Below, piece after piece: positions 15,358 to 24,848 of a DNA stretch of 32,000 nucleotides. The DNA comes from Clostridia bacterium (GTDB lineage: Bacteria > Bacillota > Clostridia > TANB77 > RGIG9151): NCBI GenBank assembly GCA_017450465.1, contig JAFSUW010000006.1, positions 3,117 through 35,116 of the forward strand, in the 5' to 3' direction. Each line of letters begins with the position of its first letter. Position 1 is the stretch's first letter. The notes under the pieces are model-generated. The model searched no databases, was not told where the DNA came from, and saw only the letters and a list, made by a program, of their open reading frames with translations. The position numbers and the translations under genes are program-made.

Positions 15358-16896
15358 TTATTTTATTACTACTGTTTTAGTATTTCCATTCCATGAAACA
15401 TCTTTATCAAATGCTTCAGATACTGCTCTAAGTGGCACTAGTGTGCGTCCATTTATTACTTTAGCAACCACATCAAGTTTTAGTCTTTTACTACCACGGC
15501 TCATTACATTACTACCTATCGCAAGTGTTATCGTGTTATCTCCTTTTTGTGCAAGTATCGTTTGATTGGCATCGTTATATATTACATCTGCACCAAGTTC
15601 TTCAAATATTGCTCTAAGTGGCACAAGTGTACGCCCATTTTCTATTATTGGTGGCTGGTCAAATGCTACTTCTTTACCGTCTATAAATACTTTTATATCA
15701 TCCTGCTTATAAAATGCTACTACTGTGTTTTTTAATTCATCGTAGTTTTTGAACGACGAATATCTATAGTGAATTTCTCCAGCAATATTTTTTATTCTTT
15801 TATTCATACTAAGTTGTTTTATTATTTCGCTACCACCATACCATATGCTTTCTGTCTTACTTGTTTCACACCTATAATCTGGTATACCTATATATAACAG
15901 TACATCTGTGCCATCTACAACATTACTCCACCATTTTACTAGTGTTTCATAATCTGCAACTTCATACCCAATGTTCCAATATACTTGTGGTGCAATATAA
16001 TCTATCCATCCTTTTTTTACCCATTTTCGAGTATCAGCATATTGCTTATAATATGATTCACTACCAGTAGTATTACTTCCAAGTGAATTATTTTTCTTGT
16101 TTGCCCATATGCCAAAAGGACTAATGCCAAATGTTACATTTTTTGCTGATAATTTTTTGTGTAATGCTTCAATTAATAAATCTACGTTGTGCCTTCTAAA
16201 ATCACCAATATTTGCGTAATCACTTCCATACTTTTTATATGACACGCTATCATCAAACTCAGTACCCGGATAGAAATAATCGTCCATATGAATGCCATCT
16301 ACATCATAATTTTCTACTATTTCTAATATGCCATCTATTACTAACTCGCGTACCTTTGGATATGCTGGGTCAAAATAATAATTACCATCAGTGTATTTTA
16401 CTACATATTCAGGATATTTCTTAGCAGGGCTTTTATCAGATAATGCTTCAAAATCTTTATCTCCGTTTTTAGTAATTCTATATGGATTAATCCATGCATG
16501 TAGTTCTAATCCACGTTTATGTGCTTCCATTACCCAATATTCTAGTGGATCAAAATTATTATTTGGTGCTACTCCATTGGTACCTGTAAGGTATGTACTC
16601 CATGGAAAAATTTTTGATTTATATAAAGAATCTGCACATGGTCTAACTTGTAAAAATACAGCATTAAATCCCATTGATTTTACATTATCTAGTATTTCAT
16701 TTGCTTCTTTTTTTAGTGTTTTTACATCTTTTGTTGGACTTGTTGGATAATCTAAATTGTATACAGATGCTACCCAAACGCCGTTCATCCTTGTTAAATT
16801 ATTAGAGGCCTTGGTAATAGGACAAAATGATAGTGGAAATAAAAATATAAAACACATTCCTATAATGAAAAAACGAATAAATCGAATGTTTTTCAT
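15358..16896 (-). CDS. Secreted glycoside-hydrolase-like family 10 (YngK/DUF187-type) protein with two C-terminal copper-amine-oxidase-N-like domains
   Basis: It has a signal peptide. The motifs MGFNAVFLQVRP, LELHAWINPYR and GIHMDDYFYP are typical of GHL10. RTLVPLRA(I/V) occurs twice at the C-terminus. Confidence 0.6.
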   Translation of the reverse strand: MKNIRFIRFFIIGMCFIFLFPLSFCPITKASNNLTRMNGVWVASVYNLDYPTSPTKDVKTLKKEANEILDNVKSMGFNAVFLQVRPCADSLYKSKIFPWSTYLTGTNGVAPNNNFDPLEYWVMEAHKRGLELHAWINPYRITKNGDKDFEALSDKSPAKKYPEYVVKYTDGNYYFDPAYPKVRELVIDGILEIVENYDVDGIHMDDYFYPGTEFDDSVSYKKYGSDYANIGDFRRHNVDLLIEALHKKLSAKNVTFGISPFGIWANKKNNSLGSNTTGSESYYKQYADTRKWVKKGWIDYIAPQVYWNIGYEVADYETLVKWWSNVVDGTDVLLYIGIPDYRCETSKTESIWYGGSEIIKQLSMNKRIKNIAGEIHYRYSSFKNYDELKNTVVAFYKQDDIKVFIDGKEVAFDQPPIIENGRTLVPLRAIFEELGADVIYNDANQTILAQKGDNTITLAIGSNVMSRGSKRLKLDVVAKVINGRTLVPLRAVSEAFDKDVSWNGNTKTVVIK

Positions 16897-17003
16897 ATGT
16901 ACACCTCCTAAATGAATTCTATCATATAAAATTATATGCTGTAAATGTTTTATTGATTATTTTTCTTGGTAATTTTTGTAGATAAAGCATTTTTACAAAT
17001 TAA

Positions 17004-17034
17004 AAATAGGGGCATTCAATAATCGCCCCTATTT
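17004..17034 (-). terminator. htpG terminator
   Basis: A 10-bp stem (aaataggggc / gcccctattt) is followed by a T-run on the minus strand. It starts 2 nt after the stop at 17036. Confidence 0.7.
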
Positions 17035-17035
17035 A

Positions 17036-18865
17036 TTACTTTGTCATTAAATCGCAAATCAAATTACTTATTTCCGCAGGGTTATCTATACTCATACCCT
17101 CAATTAACCTTGCTTGTGAATAAAGAATTTTTGTATAATCTTTTAATTCATCTTTATTTGTATCATATAAATTCTTTAACTTACTTACTATTGGATGACT
17201 ATTATTTATCTCAAGAATTGTCTGTGCTTTTAACCCTTTTTCGCTTCCCATCTGATTATTTAATGTCTTTACCATCTCAATAGACAATGCGCCTTCGGTT
17301 GTTAAACATACTGGATGCTTACCAAGCTTATTGGTAAACCTTACAGACTCAATATCTGCACCTATTGCATCTTTCATAAAATCGAGCATCGACTTATTGT
17401 CTTCATTCTCTTTTTTGATTTCTTCTTTTTCCTTATCAGTACTCAAATCAAGCGAATTTGCACATACATTTACAAACTTCTTGCCTTCATATTCCATTAA
17501 TACTTGTAGTACAAACTCATCAATATTTTCAGTTAAGAAAAGCATCTCATAACCTTTTTCTTTTATACTATCTACTTGTGGCAAATTTTCAATTTTATCT
17601 AATGTCTCACCAGATGCATAATATATTTCATTTTGGTCTGGTTTCATTCTATCAAAATACTCTTTTAAAGTAACGTTCTTCTTTTCAGTTGAAGAATAAA
17701 ATATGAGTAAATCTTTTAACTTATCTTTATCCATTCCAAAGTTACTATACGCACCATATTTTAATTGTGTCCCAAATACACTAAAGAACTTCTCATACTC
17801 TTCTCTATTACTTTGAAGCATTTTCTCAAGTTCAGATTTTATTTTGTTCGTAATATTCTTTTCAATTGCCTTTAACTGTCTATCATGCTGTAGCATTTCA
17901 CGAGATATGTTAAGCGATAAATCTTGGCTATCCACCAAGCCCTTTACGAAACTAAAATAATCTGGAATTAAGTCAGGACATTTATCCATGATTAGAACAC
18001 CATTTGAATAAAGTTGTAGACCTTTTTCATAATTTTTTGTGTAATAATCAAATGGCAAATGTGAAGGGATAAATAGTAATGCATTGTAACTTATCTGCCC
18101 TTCAACAGCACTATGAATTACTTTAATTGGCTTTTCATAATCACTAAATTTATCCATATAAAAGTTATCATAATCTTCTGCCTTAATTTCAGATTTATTC
18201 TTCTTCCAAATAGGCACCATACTATTTAGTGTTTTAGCATTTAATCTAATTGGATACCTTATATAATCTGAATACTTCTTTACAAGTTCTTCAATTGTAT
18301 AATCCTCTAAAAATCTGCTATACTTCTCGTCTTCAGTGTCTTCCTTAATGTGAAGTGTAATCTTTGTACCATAGCCAACCTTTTCACATGGTTCAACAGT
18401 ATAACCTTCTACGCCTTTTGAAGTCCACCTGTGCGCAATTTCTTCATCTGGTGATTTACTATCTACTGTAACCATATCACTTACCATAAATGCAGAATAG
18501 AAGCCTACACCAAATTGCCCGATAAGTTCAACATCTTTTGCATCTTTGTTTTCATTTTTAAATGCAAGTGAACCACTTTTAGCTATTGTTCCTAGGTTAT
18601 TCTCAAGTTCTGATCCAGTCATACCAATACCATTATCCGTAATAATTAAATTACGATTTTCTTTGTCTATTTCGATAAGTATTTCTAAATCAGAATCTTT
18701 TAAGGAAAACTTAGAATCAGTAAGTGAACGATAATGCATCTTATCTATTGCATCACTCGCATTTGAAATTAACTCCCTTAAAAATATTTCTTTGTTTGTA
18801 TAAATTGAATTTATCATTAAGTCTAAAAGTCTCTTAGACTCTGCTTTAAATTGTTTTGTACCCAT
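17036..18865 (-). CDS. htpG: Molecular chaperone HtpG (Hsp90)
   Basis: FKAESKRLLDLMINSIYTNKEIFLRELISNASDAIDK and GQFGVGFYSAF are Hsp90 signatures. The true start is probably MGTKQFK at 18865, not the track start at 18955. Confidence 0.9.
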   Translation of the reverse strand: MGTKQFKAESKRLLDLMINSIYTNKEIFLRELISNASDAIDKMHYRSLTDSKFSLKDSDLEILIEIDKENRNLIITDNGIGMTGSELENNLGTIAKSGSLAFKNENKDAKDVELIGQFGVGFYSAFMVSDMVTVDSKSPDEEIAHRWTSKGVEGYTVEPCEKVGYGTKITLHIKEDTEDEKYSRFLEDYTIEELVKKYSDYIRYPIRLNAKTLNSMVPIWKKNKSEIKAEDYDNFYMDKFSDYEKPIKVIHSAVEGQISYNALLFIPSHLPFDYYTKNYEKGLQLYSNGVLIMDKCPDLIPDYFSFVKGLVDSQDLSLNISREMLQHDRQLKAIEKNITNKIKSELEKMLQSNREEYEKFFSVFGTQLKYGAYSNFGMDKDKLKDLLIFYSSTEKKNVTLKEYFDRMKPDQNEIYYASGETLDKIENLPQVDSIKEKGYEMLFLTENIDEFVLQVLMEYEGKKFVNVCANSLDLSTDKEKEEIKKENEDNKSMLDFMKDAIGADIESVRFTNKLGKHPVCLTTEGALSIEMVKTLNNQMGSEKGLKAQTILEINNSHPIVSKLKNLYDTNKDELKDYTKILYSQARLIEGMSIDNPAEISNLICDLMTK

Positions 18866-18892
18866 AAAAAATGCACCCTCTTTCAGGTGCAT
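18866..18892 (-). terminator. Hairpin plus U-run ending the DUF4160 operon, abutting the htpG start codon
   Basis: The stem atgcacc/ggtgcat (18871-18877 / 18886-18892) is followed by T5-6 on the minus strand. It overlaps the htpG -10 box by 2 nt. Confidence 0.45.
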
Positions 18893-18919
18893 TATATAAC
18901 TTACATTTAGCAGTGTCAA
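18891..18919 (-). promoter_or_regulatory. Consensus sigma-A-type promoter for htpG (TTGACA-17 nt-TATAAT)
   Basis: The reverse complement of 18914-18919 is TTGACA and of 18891-18896 is TATAAT, with an exact 17-nt spacer. It lies about 25 nt upstream of the ATG at 18865. Confidence 0.6.
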
Positions 18920-18935
18920 GGTTAAAGTGCTAATT

Positions 18936-19214
18936 TTAACAATAAAAATCAACATTAGATACTTGATAAAATTCCTTCCATTTAGCTACTATAAAAAAAT
19001 GATTTGAAACAATTGTATCTATAATGATATTTAAATCTTTATCGGGAATCTTACTATTATTATTTGCCACTATACAATTTCCACCTCGTGTCAACCATAA
19101 TTTAGTTGAATTGGCAATTGGTGAACCTTTTGACACATGCACATGAATGGGTTCATTATTTTCATTTGACCAAAAATAAATTTTATAACCTGCGAGTTCA
19201 AATAAACTAGGCAA
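18936..19214 (-). CDS. DUF4160-family small protein
   Basis: The motif YKIYFWSNENNEPIHVHV is DUF4160-like. The best start is TTG at 19214, giving MPSLFELAGYK, with RBS AAGGGGGA 7 nt upstream. It overlaps the upstream stop by 8 nt. Confidence 0.6.
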   Translation of the reverse strand: MPSLFELAGYKIYFWSNENNEPIHVHVSKGSPIANSTKLWLTRGGNCIVANNNSKIPDKDLNIIIDTIVSNHFFIVAKWKEFYQVSNVDFYC

Positions 19215-19491
19215 TCTGTATTCCCCCTTCACGTGCCCATCCATAAAAATATGGTGCACCTTGCTCAACAATTTTTTTAAACATAGCTATTTCATCATCA
19301 GTATAATTACCTTCTTTATATGTTATTTTATAACTTGGCAATTCAAATCTTACACTATCAAAACCATATTCAGTAGGTCTCTCAAAATGTACAAACAATG
19401 TTTCTTCACCATCATCATTTATCTTTATATCTGAAAATACAACTTCTGTTTCATCGGCATATTTAACAAATGGATATACCATCGAACTCAT
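19207..19491 (-). CDS. Hypothetical 94-aa protein, translationally coupled to the DUF4160 gene
   Basis: The ORF has an ATG start and overlaps the downstream gene. I recognise no domain. Confidence 0.5.
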   Translation of the reverse strand: MSSMVYPFVKYADETEVVFSDIKINDDGEETLFVHFERPTEYGFDSVRFELPSYKITYKEGNYTDDEIAMFKKIVEQGAPYFYGWAREGGIQIA

Positions 19492-19548
19492 TCTCCTTTA
19501 CAATTATTTTCATAATTAGTATATCACATAAAACATAATTTTGCTAGT

Positions 19549-20709
19549 TTAATACGCATTATCTACATCAACAGTAACCTCTATCCTATCATCTTTGCTA
19601 CAAAGCTTCTCTTTTATATCACTTACTAACTTTTCTTTATCCTCTATATCTACTGGCACAACCAAATCAAACTTTATGTCTAACTTACCATCTATTTCAT
19701 TTACCCTAAAATCATGTGCTGTAAGTCTACTATCAAATTCTTTTATCATATTCTTGGTATATTTCCAAAGCCCTCTTACTTCTTCTGAATGTATTGCAAG
19801 CGGATCTATATGTATAACAAGCATTATCCCATGGTCTTTTAATACTTCCCTTTCCATTTCATCTATTATATTATGGATATCTACTATATTTTCATCATCT
19901 GATACTTCTGCATGAACTGTTGCCATTATTGTTCCTGGCCCGTACTCATGAACTATTAAATCGTGTATGCCTATTATGTGGTCATTGCTAAGTAATGTGT
20001 CTTTTATGTTGTTTACAACTTCCTCATCTGGAGGAGCCCCAAGTATAAGCCCTACAATTTCACGAAATAGTCTTATACCAGCAAAAAGTATAAAACATGC
20101 AACAAATATTCCGGCAATAGCATCAACTGGTAACGTTACAAATTTTCCAAGTACTACAGATAAAATAACTATTGCAGTAGTTAAAACATCATTTAAGCTA
20201 TCTGTTGCTGTTGCTTTTAATACATTCGAATTTATTAATTTACCCATATATTTGTTATACGAAAACATCCAAAGTTTTACTATAACTGTTAATACAAGTA
20301 TTATTAACAGTATACGATTATATACTACTTCGTTTGGCACTAATAACTTTCCTATTGATGTAGTTAGAAGTTCAAAACCAAATAGCATTATCATAAAAGA
20401 AACTACAAGCGAAGCAACATACTCTATTCTTCCGTGCCCGAATGGATGCTCTTTGTCTGCCTCTTTATTACTAAGTTTTGAGCTTATTACCGTTACTATT
20501 GAAGACGCTGTGTCTGACAAGCTGTTAAACGCATCAGAAATTATCGCTATACTATTCATAATAATGCCAATTATTATTTTCACAATAAACAATAATAAAT
20601 TGCATACTATACCAAGAGTTCCACTTAAAACTCCATACTTTTCACGAACCAATGTGTTATCGGTATCATCAAAGTTAGGTATAAATTTTTTTATTAATAA
20701 CTTTATCAT
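19549..20709 (-). CDS. Cation diffusion facilitator (CDF) family metal efflux transporter
   Basis: It has six TM segments and FNSLSDTASSIVTVIS...HPFGHGRIEY, plus a C-terminal cytoplasmic domain. Confidence 0.8.
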   Translation of the reverse strand: MIKLLIKKFIPNFDDTDNTLVREKYGVLSGTLGIVCNLLLFIVKIIIGIIMNSIAIISDAFNSLSDTASSIVTVISSKLSNKEADKEHPFGHGRIEYVASLVVSFMIMLFGFELLTTSIGKLLVPNEVVYNRILLIILVLTVIVKLWMFSYNKYMGKLINSNVLKATATDSLNDVLTTAIVILSVVLGKFVTLPVDAIAGIFVACFILFAGIRLFREIVGLILGAPPDEEVVNNIKDTLLSNDHIIGIHDLIVHEYGPGTIMATVHAEVSDDENIVDIHNIIDEMEREVLKDHGIMLVIHIDPLAIHSEEVRGLWKYTKNMIKEFDSRLTAHDFRVNEIDGKLDIKFDLVVPVDIEDKEKLVSDIKEKLCSKDDRIEVTVDVDNAY

Positions 20710-20710
20710 T

Positions 20711-21562
20711 TTACATTACCTCTATTACATATGACGCACTAAATTCCTCACCAATATTTAACTCTACTATTCCTTCTTTTTTAGCAAATTCACCATTGTG
20801 CCCTACTGTATCTGCAATTCCAAACCATGGCTCTAAACATACAAATGGTGCACCAGTTTTTTTGCTCCATATACCAAGGTATGGGAAACCTGCTATGTGC
20901 ATACATACTGCTTTATCCGTTACCTTTGATTTTAACCATACTTTTGATGAATTTAAGTCCTTAAAAATCATAGCATCATCATCAAAACTATGTTCATCTA
21001 AATCAATTTTATTTTCGTTTGTTAAAAACGCTTCGTTAGTAAACTTTACTAAACCATTTTCTACAAACACTTTATTTTGTGTTTCTGGCTTTTCAAATTC
21101 GATATAGTAATCTGTTATATCCGAAAACATATTAAATGCAGGGTGCCCGCCAATGCTGAAAAACATTGCATTGTTACCTGAATTTACTACTTCATAAGTA
21201 ACTTTTACGGTCCTTACATTTAATTCGTATTTAATATATAATTCAAACTCAAATGGATATTTTTTTAATGTTTCTTCATTACTTTGAAGCATAAACGTAA
21301 TAGAATCTTTTGTTTTAGCAAATAAATCAAATTTCATATCTCGTGCAAAGCCGTGTTGCTTCATTGAATATTCCGAACCTTTTATAATGCACTTATTATC
21401 TTTTAACATACCTACCATTGGAAATAATACTGGTGCATGTCTACCCCAATACTTTTCGTCCCCATTCCATAAATATTCAGTATTATTATAGTTTATACTA
21501 GTTAATTCTGCCCCTTCTTCTTTCACATTTACAGTTAAAAAATCGTTTGATATTGTATACAT
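20711..21562 (-). CDS. Aldose 1-epimerase (galactose mutarotase-like, LacX-type) family protein
   Basis: Motifs are W.RHAPVLFPMVG, HGFARD, GGHPAF and LEPW. The likely start is MYTISNDF at 21562 (RBS AGGAGG) rather than 21595. Confidence 0.7.
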   Translation of the reverse strand: MYTISNDFLTVNVKEEGAELTSINYNNTEYLWNGDEKYWGRHAPVLFPMVGMLKDNKCIIKGSEYSMKQHGFARDMKFDLFAKTKDSITFMLQSNEETLKKYPFEFELYIKYELNVRTVKVTYEVVNSGNNAMFFSIGGHPAFNMFSDITDYYIEFEKPETQNKVFVENGLVKFTNEAFLTNENKIDLDEHSFDDDAMIFKDLNSSKVWLKSKVTDKAVCMHIAGFPYLGIWSKKTGAPFVCLEPWFGIADTVGHNGEFAKKEGIVELNIGEEFSASYVIEVM

Positions 21563-21573
21563 AGTGTATCCTC

Positions 21574-22239
21574 CTATATGTTTTCTATCTGCCAATCTAT
21601 TGCATCTTTACCTAATATTTCATTTGCTCTTTTAAAATGATTACATCCAAAGAAACCACGACTTGCTGAAAGTGGGCTTGGATGAACTGATTTTAATATA
21701 TAATGCTGAGGATTCGTAATAAGTGCCTCTTTTGTTTTAGCCGAGCTTCCCCAAAGCATAAATATTACTGTCTTTTCTCTTTCATTTAATATTTTTATTA
21801 TATTGTCAGTAAACTCTTCCCAACCTTTATCTTTATGAGAATTTGCAAGGCCTTTACGAACCGTCAATACATTGTTAAGCAACAACACTCCTTGCTTCGC
21901 CCATTTTTCTAAAAAGCCGTTATTTGGTATATAACAACCAAGTTCATCATGAAGCTCTTTATATATATTGAGTAACGATGGCGGAATATCTACACCTGGC
22001 TTTACAGAAAATGAAAGCCCATGTGCTTGACCTTCTTCATGATATGGATCTTGTCCTATTATTACTACTTTTATGTTGTTATAATCCGCAAGTTTTAAGC
22101 TGTTAAAAATGTCATTCATATCTGGATATATTTTATAATGACCATATTCATAGATTAAAAATTGTCTTATCTTTTGATAATAATCTTTTTTAAACTCATC
22201 TTTTAATATATCATCCCATGAATTACCTAAATGAACCAC
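21574..22239 (-). CDS. ung: Uracil-DNA glycosylase
   Basis: Motifs are [21 protein letters not shown] and HPSPLSA. Confidence 0.9.
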   Translation of the reverse strand: MVHLGNSWDDILKDEFKKDYYQKIRQFLIYEYGHYKIYPDMNDIFNSLKLADYNNIKVVIIGQDPYHEEGQAHGLSFSVKPGVDIPPSLLNIYKELHDELGCYIPNNGFLEKWAKQGVLLLNNVLTVRKGLANSHKDKGWEEFTDNIIKILNEREKTVIFMLWGSSAKTKEALITNPQHYILKSVHPSPLSASRGFFGCNHFKRANEILGKDAIDWQIENI

Positions 22240-22249
22240 AGTATCACCC

Positions 22250-22801
22250 CTAATTATATTTTTCCATCGCTTTATTTATTCCAGAAGACACTATTATACT
22301 TGCCGCATCAACTGCATTATCTATTGCTACATCTAGCTCCTTAATTTCCTCTTTAGTAAAGTTACCTAAAACATAATTAATTAAGTCAATATTTGGCTTA
22401 CCTATTCCAATGCGAATTCTTTTTACCTTTTTGCTGCCTAAATGTGCCAAAACAGATTTCATCCCATTATGTGTTCCAGCACTACCGCTTTCGCGTATAC
22501 GAATTTTCCCAACAGGCAAATCTATATCATCATAAACAATAAGCACATTATCTAAATCTTCTTTATAAAAATTAACTATTTCAATAACACTTTCACCGCT
22601 ATTGTTCATATATGTTTCTGGTTTTACAAGTAGTACTTTTTTGCCTTCAATATGCCCGTCACCAACCTTCGCCTTAAACTTTTCCTTAGTAACAGATATA
22701 TTGTATTTACTAGCAAGTCTATCTAGAAACATATAACCCGTATTATGCCTTGTCTTTTCATATTCGCCACCTGGATTCCCAAGCCCTACAATTATATACA
22801 T
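22250..22801 (-). CDS. pth: Peptidyl-tRNA hydrolase
   Basis: Motifs are [24 protein letters not shown] and GTHNGMKS. Confidence 0.9.
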   Translation of the reverse strand: MYIIVGLGNPGGEYEKTRHNTGYMFLDRLASKYNISVTKEKFKAKVGDGHIEGKKVLLVKPETYMNNSGESVIEIVNFYKEDLDNVLIVYDDIDLPVGKIRIRESGSAGTHNGMKSVLAHLGSKKVKRIRIGIGKPNIDLINYVLGNFTKEEIKELDVAIDNAVDAASIIVSSGINKAMEKYN

Positions 22802-22818
22802 TATTATCTTCCTTTCAT

Positions 22819-24828
22819 TTAATTTCCCATTATCATATCAAATACATCGGATAACATTCCTTCGTTTTCAAAGCCATCACCTGAATATTGCGATTCAAAC
22901 GTTACAAATTTATCACTACATCTTTTTAGTAATGCCCTCATTATTATTGCTATATTTTTCTTTTGATTTTCTTCTTCATAACTTTCCGTATATATATCAT
23001 CATCTTTCCATGTCGATGTTAATACATACGGGTTACTAAGCTCCTTCACGCATCTAGGTAGCCAATTTTTACTTGAAAGTCCTATTAGTATTATCACCTT
23101 GTGCTCTAATGAATTTGATAAATATGTCATCGGTGTAGAAAAGGTTATAGAGTTTTTGTAATCTTCCTCTTCCATTTCGAATATACTTTCTGCTGCTTTT
23201 ACTTCGTTTTTTATCATCTTCAAAAATTCTTTATTTACATCTATTGTATGAAAGTTTCTTACTGTTTCATCAAACGTATTTGCGCTATCTATTAATCTTT
23301 TTATGTTTATAATATCTTCTTCATTTGCTCCGTATACAAGTAAAATTTCAACAAACACTTTTCTGAAAAACTCATCTATTGGAAGTGGTTCATGTTCTCT
23401 ATAATCATTTATCCAATTTCGTATAAATTCATATTTTTGAACATTACTATATCCTATTCTTTCAATTATTCCTTCCTCATCTACTTGCGGGAATTTTGCA
23501 AATGGGTTTTGACTACATACGATTCCGGCTAAAATAGAACTACGAACTGGGTCGATATCTAATATCATCATAATTAATGCCTTCACATCATCCCTATTTG
23601 GCACTATCTTTTCATCCGGATGACACAAATATCCAAGCGTGATTAATGCATGTACAAATTTATTATCTATAAATCTATTTTTCCTAGATATATTTATCAT
23701 ATTTATATTTGCTTTTGCTAAACCAGAACTTAAAACATATTCTGTTACTGGATCTGCATAGGTCGATATTATTGCTATATTTTCTTCCTTATACCCCTTT
23801 TTTATTAAATCTTTAGTGTAATTTATAACATTAAATAACATGGTAGAACGAAGTGGTACTTGTGGTATTCTTTCGATAAGATTACATTTTTTGGCCTTTA
23901 TTTTTCCTGTTTCTATGCCATCAAAAAGCATATCTGAAAACTCTACCATTTCTTTTTTACAAGTATATGGTACTGTATCTATTTTTTCTATCTCACATTT
24001 ACCAAGTAGTTTTTGCTCTACATATTCTTTGTTTGCACCAAAAATACTACCATATCCACCTTCGTTGTTATACGCAATTAACGAATCAGTCATATATGGT
24101 AAAATTTTTTCAATAAAATCTATCTGACTTGGTACTGCTTCTTCTAAATTATCTACTATTAAATATTTAATGCGGTTCTTAAACGATGTCAAATACTCAT
24201 CGCTTCGAAGCAAAATATTGTTATACAAATCTAGTGCCATAGCAAAATCCATAACACCACATTCTAAACATCTTCTTCTGTAGTCGCTTATTATTTTATC
24301 CGCTGTCATGTAAATTTCTTTTTTCTCGTCCGATTTTACTTCTAAACTATTATATAATCTTGTCCCTATCTTTTCATAAGAAAGTGAAGCCGATGCTGCT
24401 TTTACTAAGTTAGATGAAATATCTATCGCTATTCTATTGTCTTTTGATGCCACATCATAAAAAGCATTATTTAGCATTCTACGCTGTTCAATCAACTTAG
24501 TAAGTAAATACTGCGATACTTCAAATGTCAAAAACTTTGGCTCTACACTATATGATTTTATATCACTACATTCTTTTAATATGATTGGATAATACATCCT
24601 TATCTCTTCTTGAATAAATCCAAAAAAAGATGTTCTTTTTATTTTATTAGAACTTTTTAGTTCCATTCTTTTACGCCATTTTAGCGATTGATTTCTATTC
24701 ATGACAAGTACGAGTATTTCATTACTTGAAATATTTTTATTCTCAACTAAATCTATATATGTATTAATTAAAGTTTCAGTTTTACCTGTCCCTGTACCGC
24801 CATATAGTATTTTATTCAAAAGAAGCAC
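22819..24828 (-). CDS. UvrD/Rep-like P-loop protein with degenerate helicase motifs
   Basis: GGTGTGKTE is a Walker A motif and LIVDNLEE sits at the DExx position. The track start is GTG at 24828. TTG at 24819 has better spacing from GAGG. Confidence 0.45.
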   Translation of the reverse strand: MLLLNKILYGGTGTGKTETLINTYIDLVENKNISSNEILVLVMNRNQSLKWRKRMELKSSNKIKRTSFFGFIQEEIRMYYPIILKECSDIKSYSVEPKFLTFEVSQYLLTKLIEQRRMLNNAFYDVASKDNRIAIDISSNLVKAASASLSYEKIGTRLYNSLEVKSDEKKEIYMTADKIISDYRRRCLECGVMDFAMALDLYNNILLRSDEYLTSFKNRIKYLIVDNLEEAVPSQIDFIEKILPYMTDSLIAYNNEGGYGSIFGANKEYVEQKLLGKCEIEKIDTVPYTCKKEMVEFSDMLFDGIETGKIKAKKCNLIERIPQVPLRSTMLFNVINYTKDLIKKGYKEENIAIISTYADPVTEYVLSSGLAKANINMINISRKNRFIDNKFVHALITLGYLCHPDEKIVPNRDDVKALIMMILDIDPVRSSILAGIVCSQNPFAKFPQVDEEGIIERIGYSNVQKYEFIRNWINDYREHEPLPIDEFFRKVFVEILLVYGANEEDIINIKRLIDSANTFDETVRNFHTIDVNKEFLKMIKNEVKAAESIFEMEEEDYKNSITFSTPMTYLSNSLEHKVIILIGLSSKNWLPRCVKELSNPYVLTSTWKDDDIYTESYEEENQKKNIAIIMRALLKRCSDKFVTFESQYSGDGFENEGMLSDVFDMIMGN

Positions 24829-24848
24829 CTCATTTGTAAAAATAATTA

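Noticed and set aside
18866-18892. RNA thermometer sequestering the htpG Shine-Dalgarno (hairpin AUGCACC..GGUGCAU covering GAGGG)
   Set aside because: The upstream arm of the hairpin overlaps the -10 box of the consensus htpG promoter. A transcript starting about 7 nt downstream of the -10 would therefore lack it. The hairpin plus U-run is better explained as the terminator of the upstream DUF4160 operon.
19967-20734. 255-aa plus-strand ORF, plus similar long plus-strand ORFs at 12832-13368, 8083-8433, 6218-6724 and 2892-3158
   Set aside because: All are antisense to strongly supported minus-strand genes (CDF transporter, SbcDC, SPFH, Tim44-like, repeat protein). All give low-complexity, Ser/Leu/Phe/Cys-rich products typical of shadow ORFs in AT-rich or repetitive DNA.
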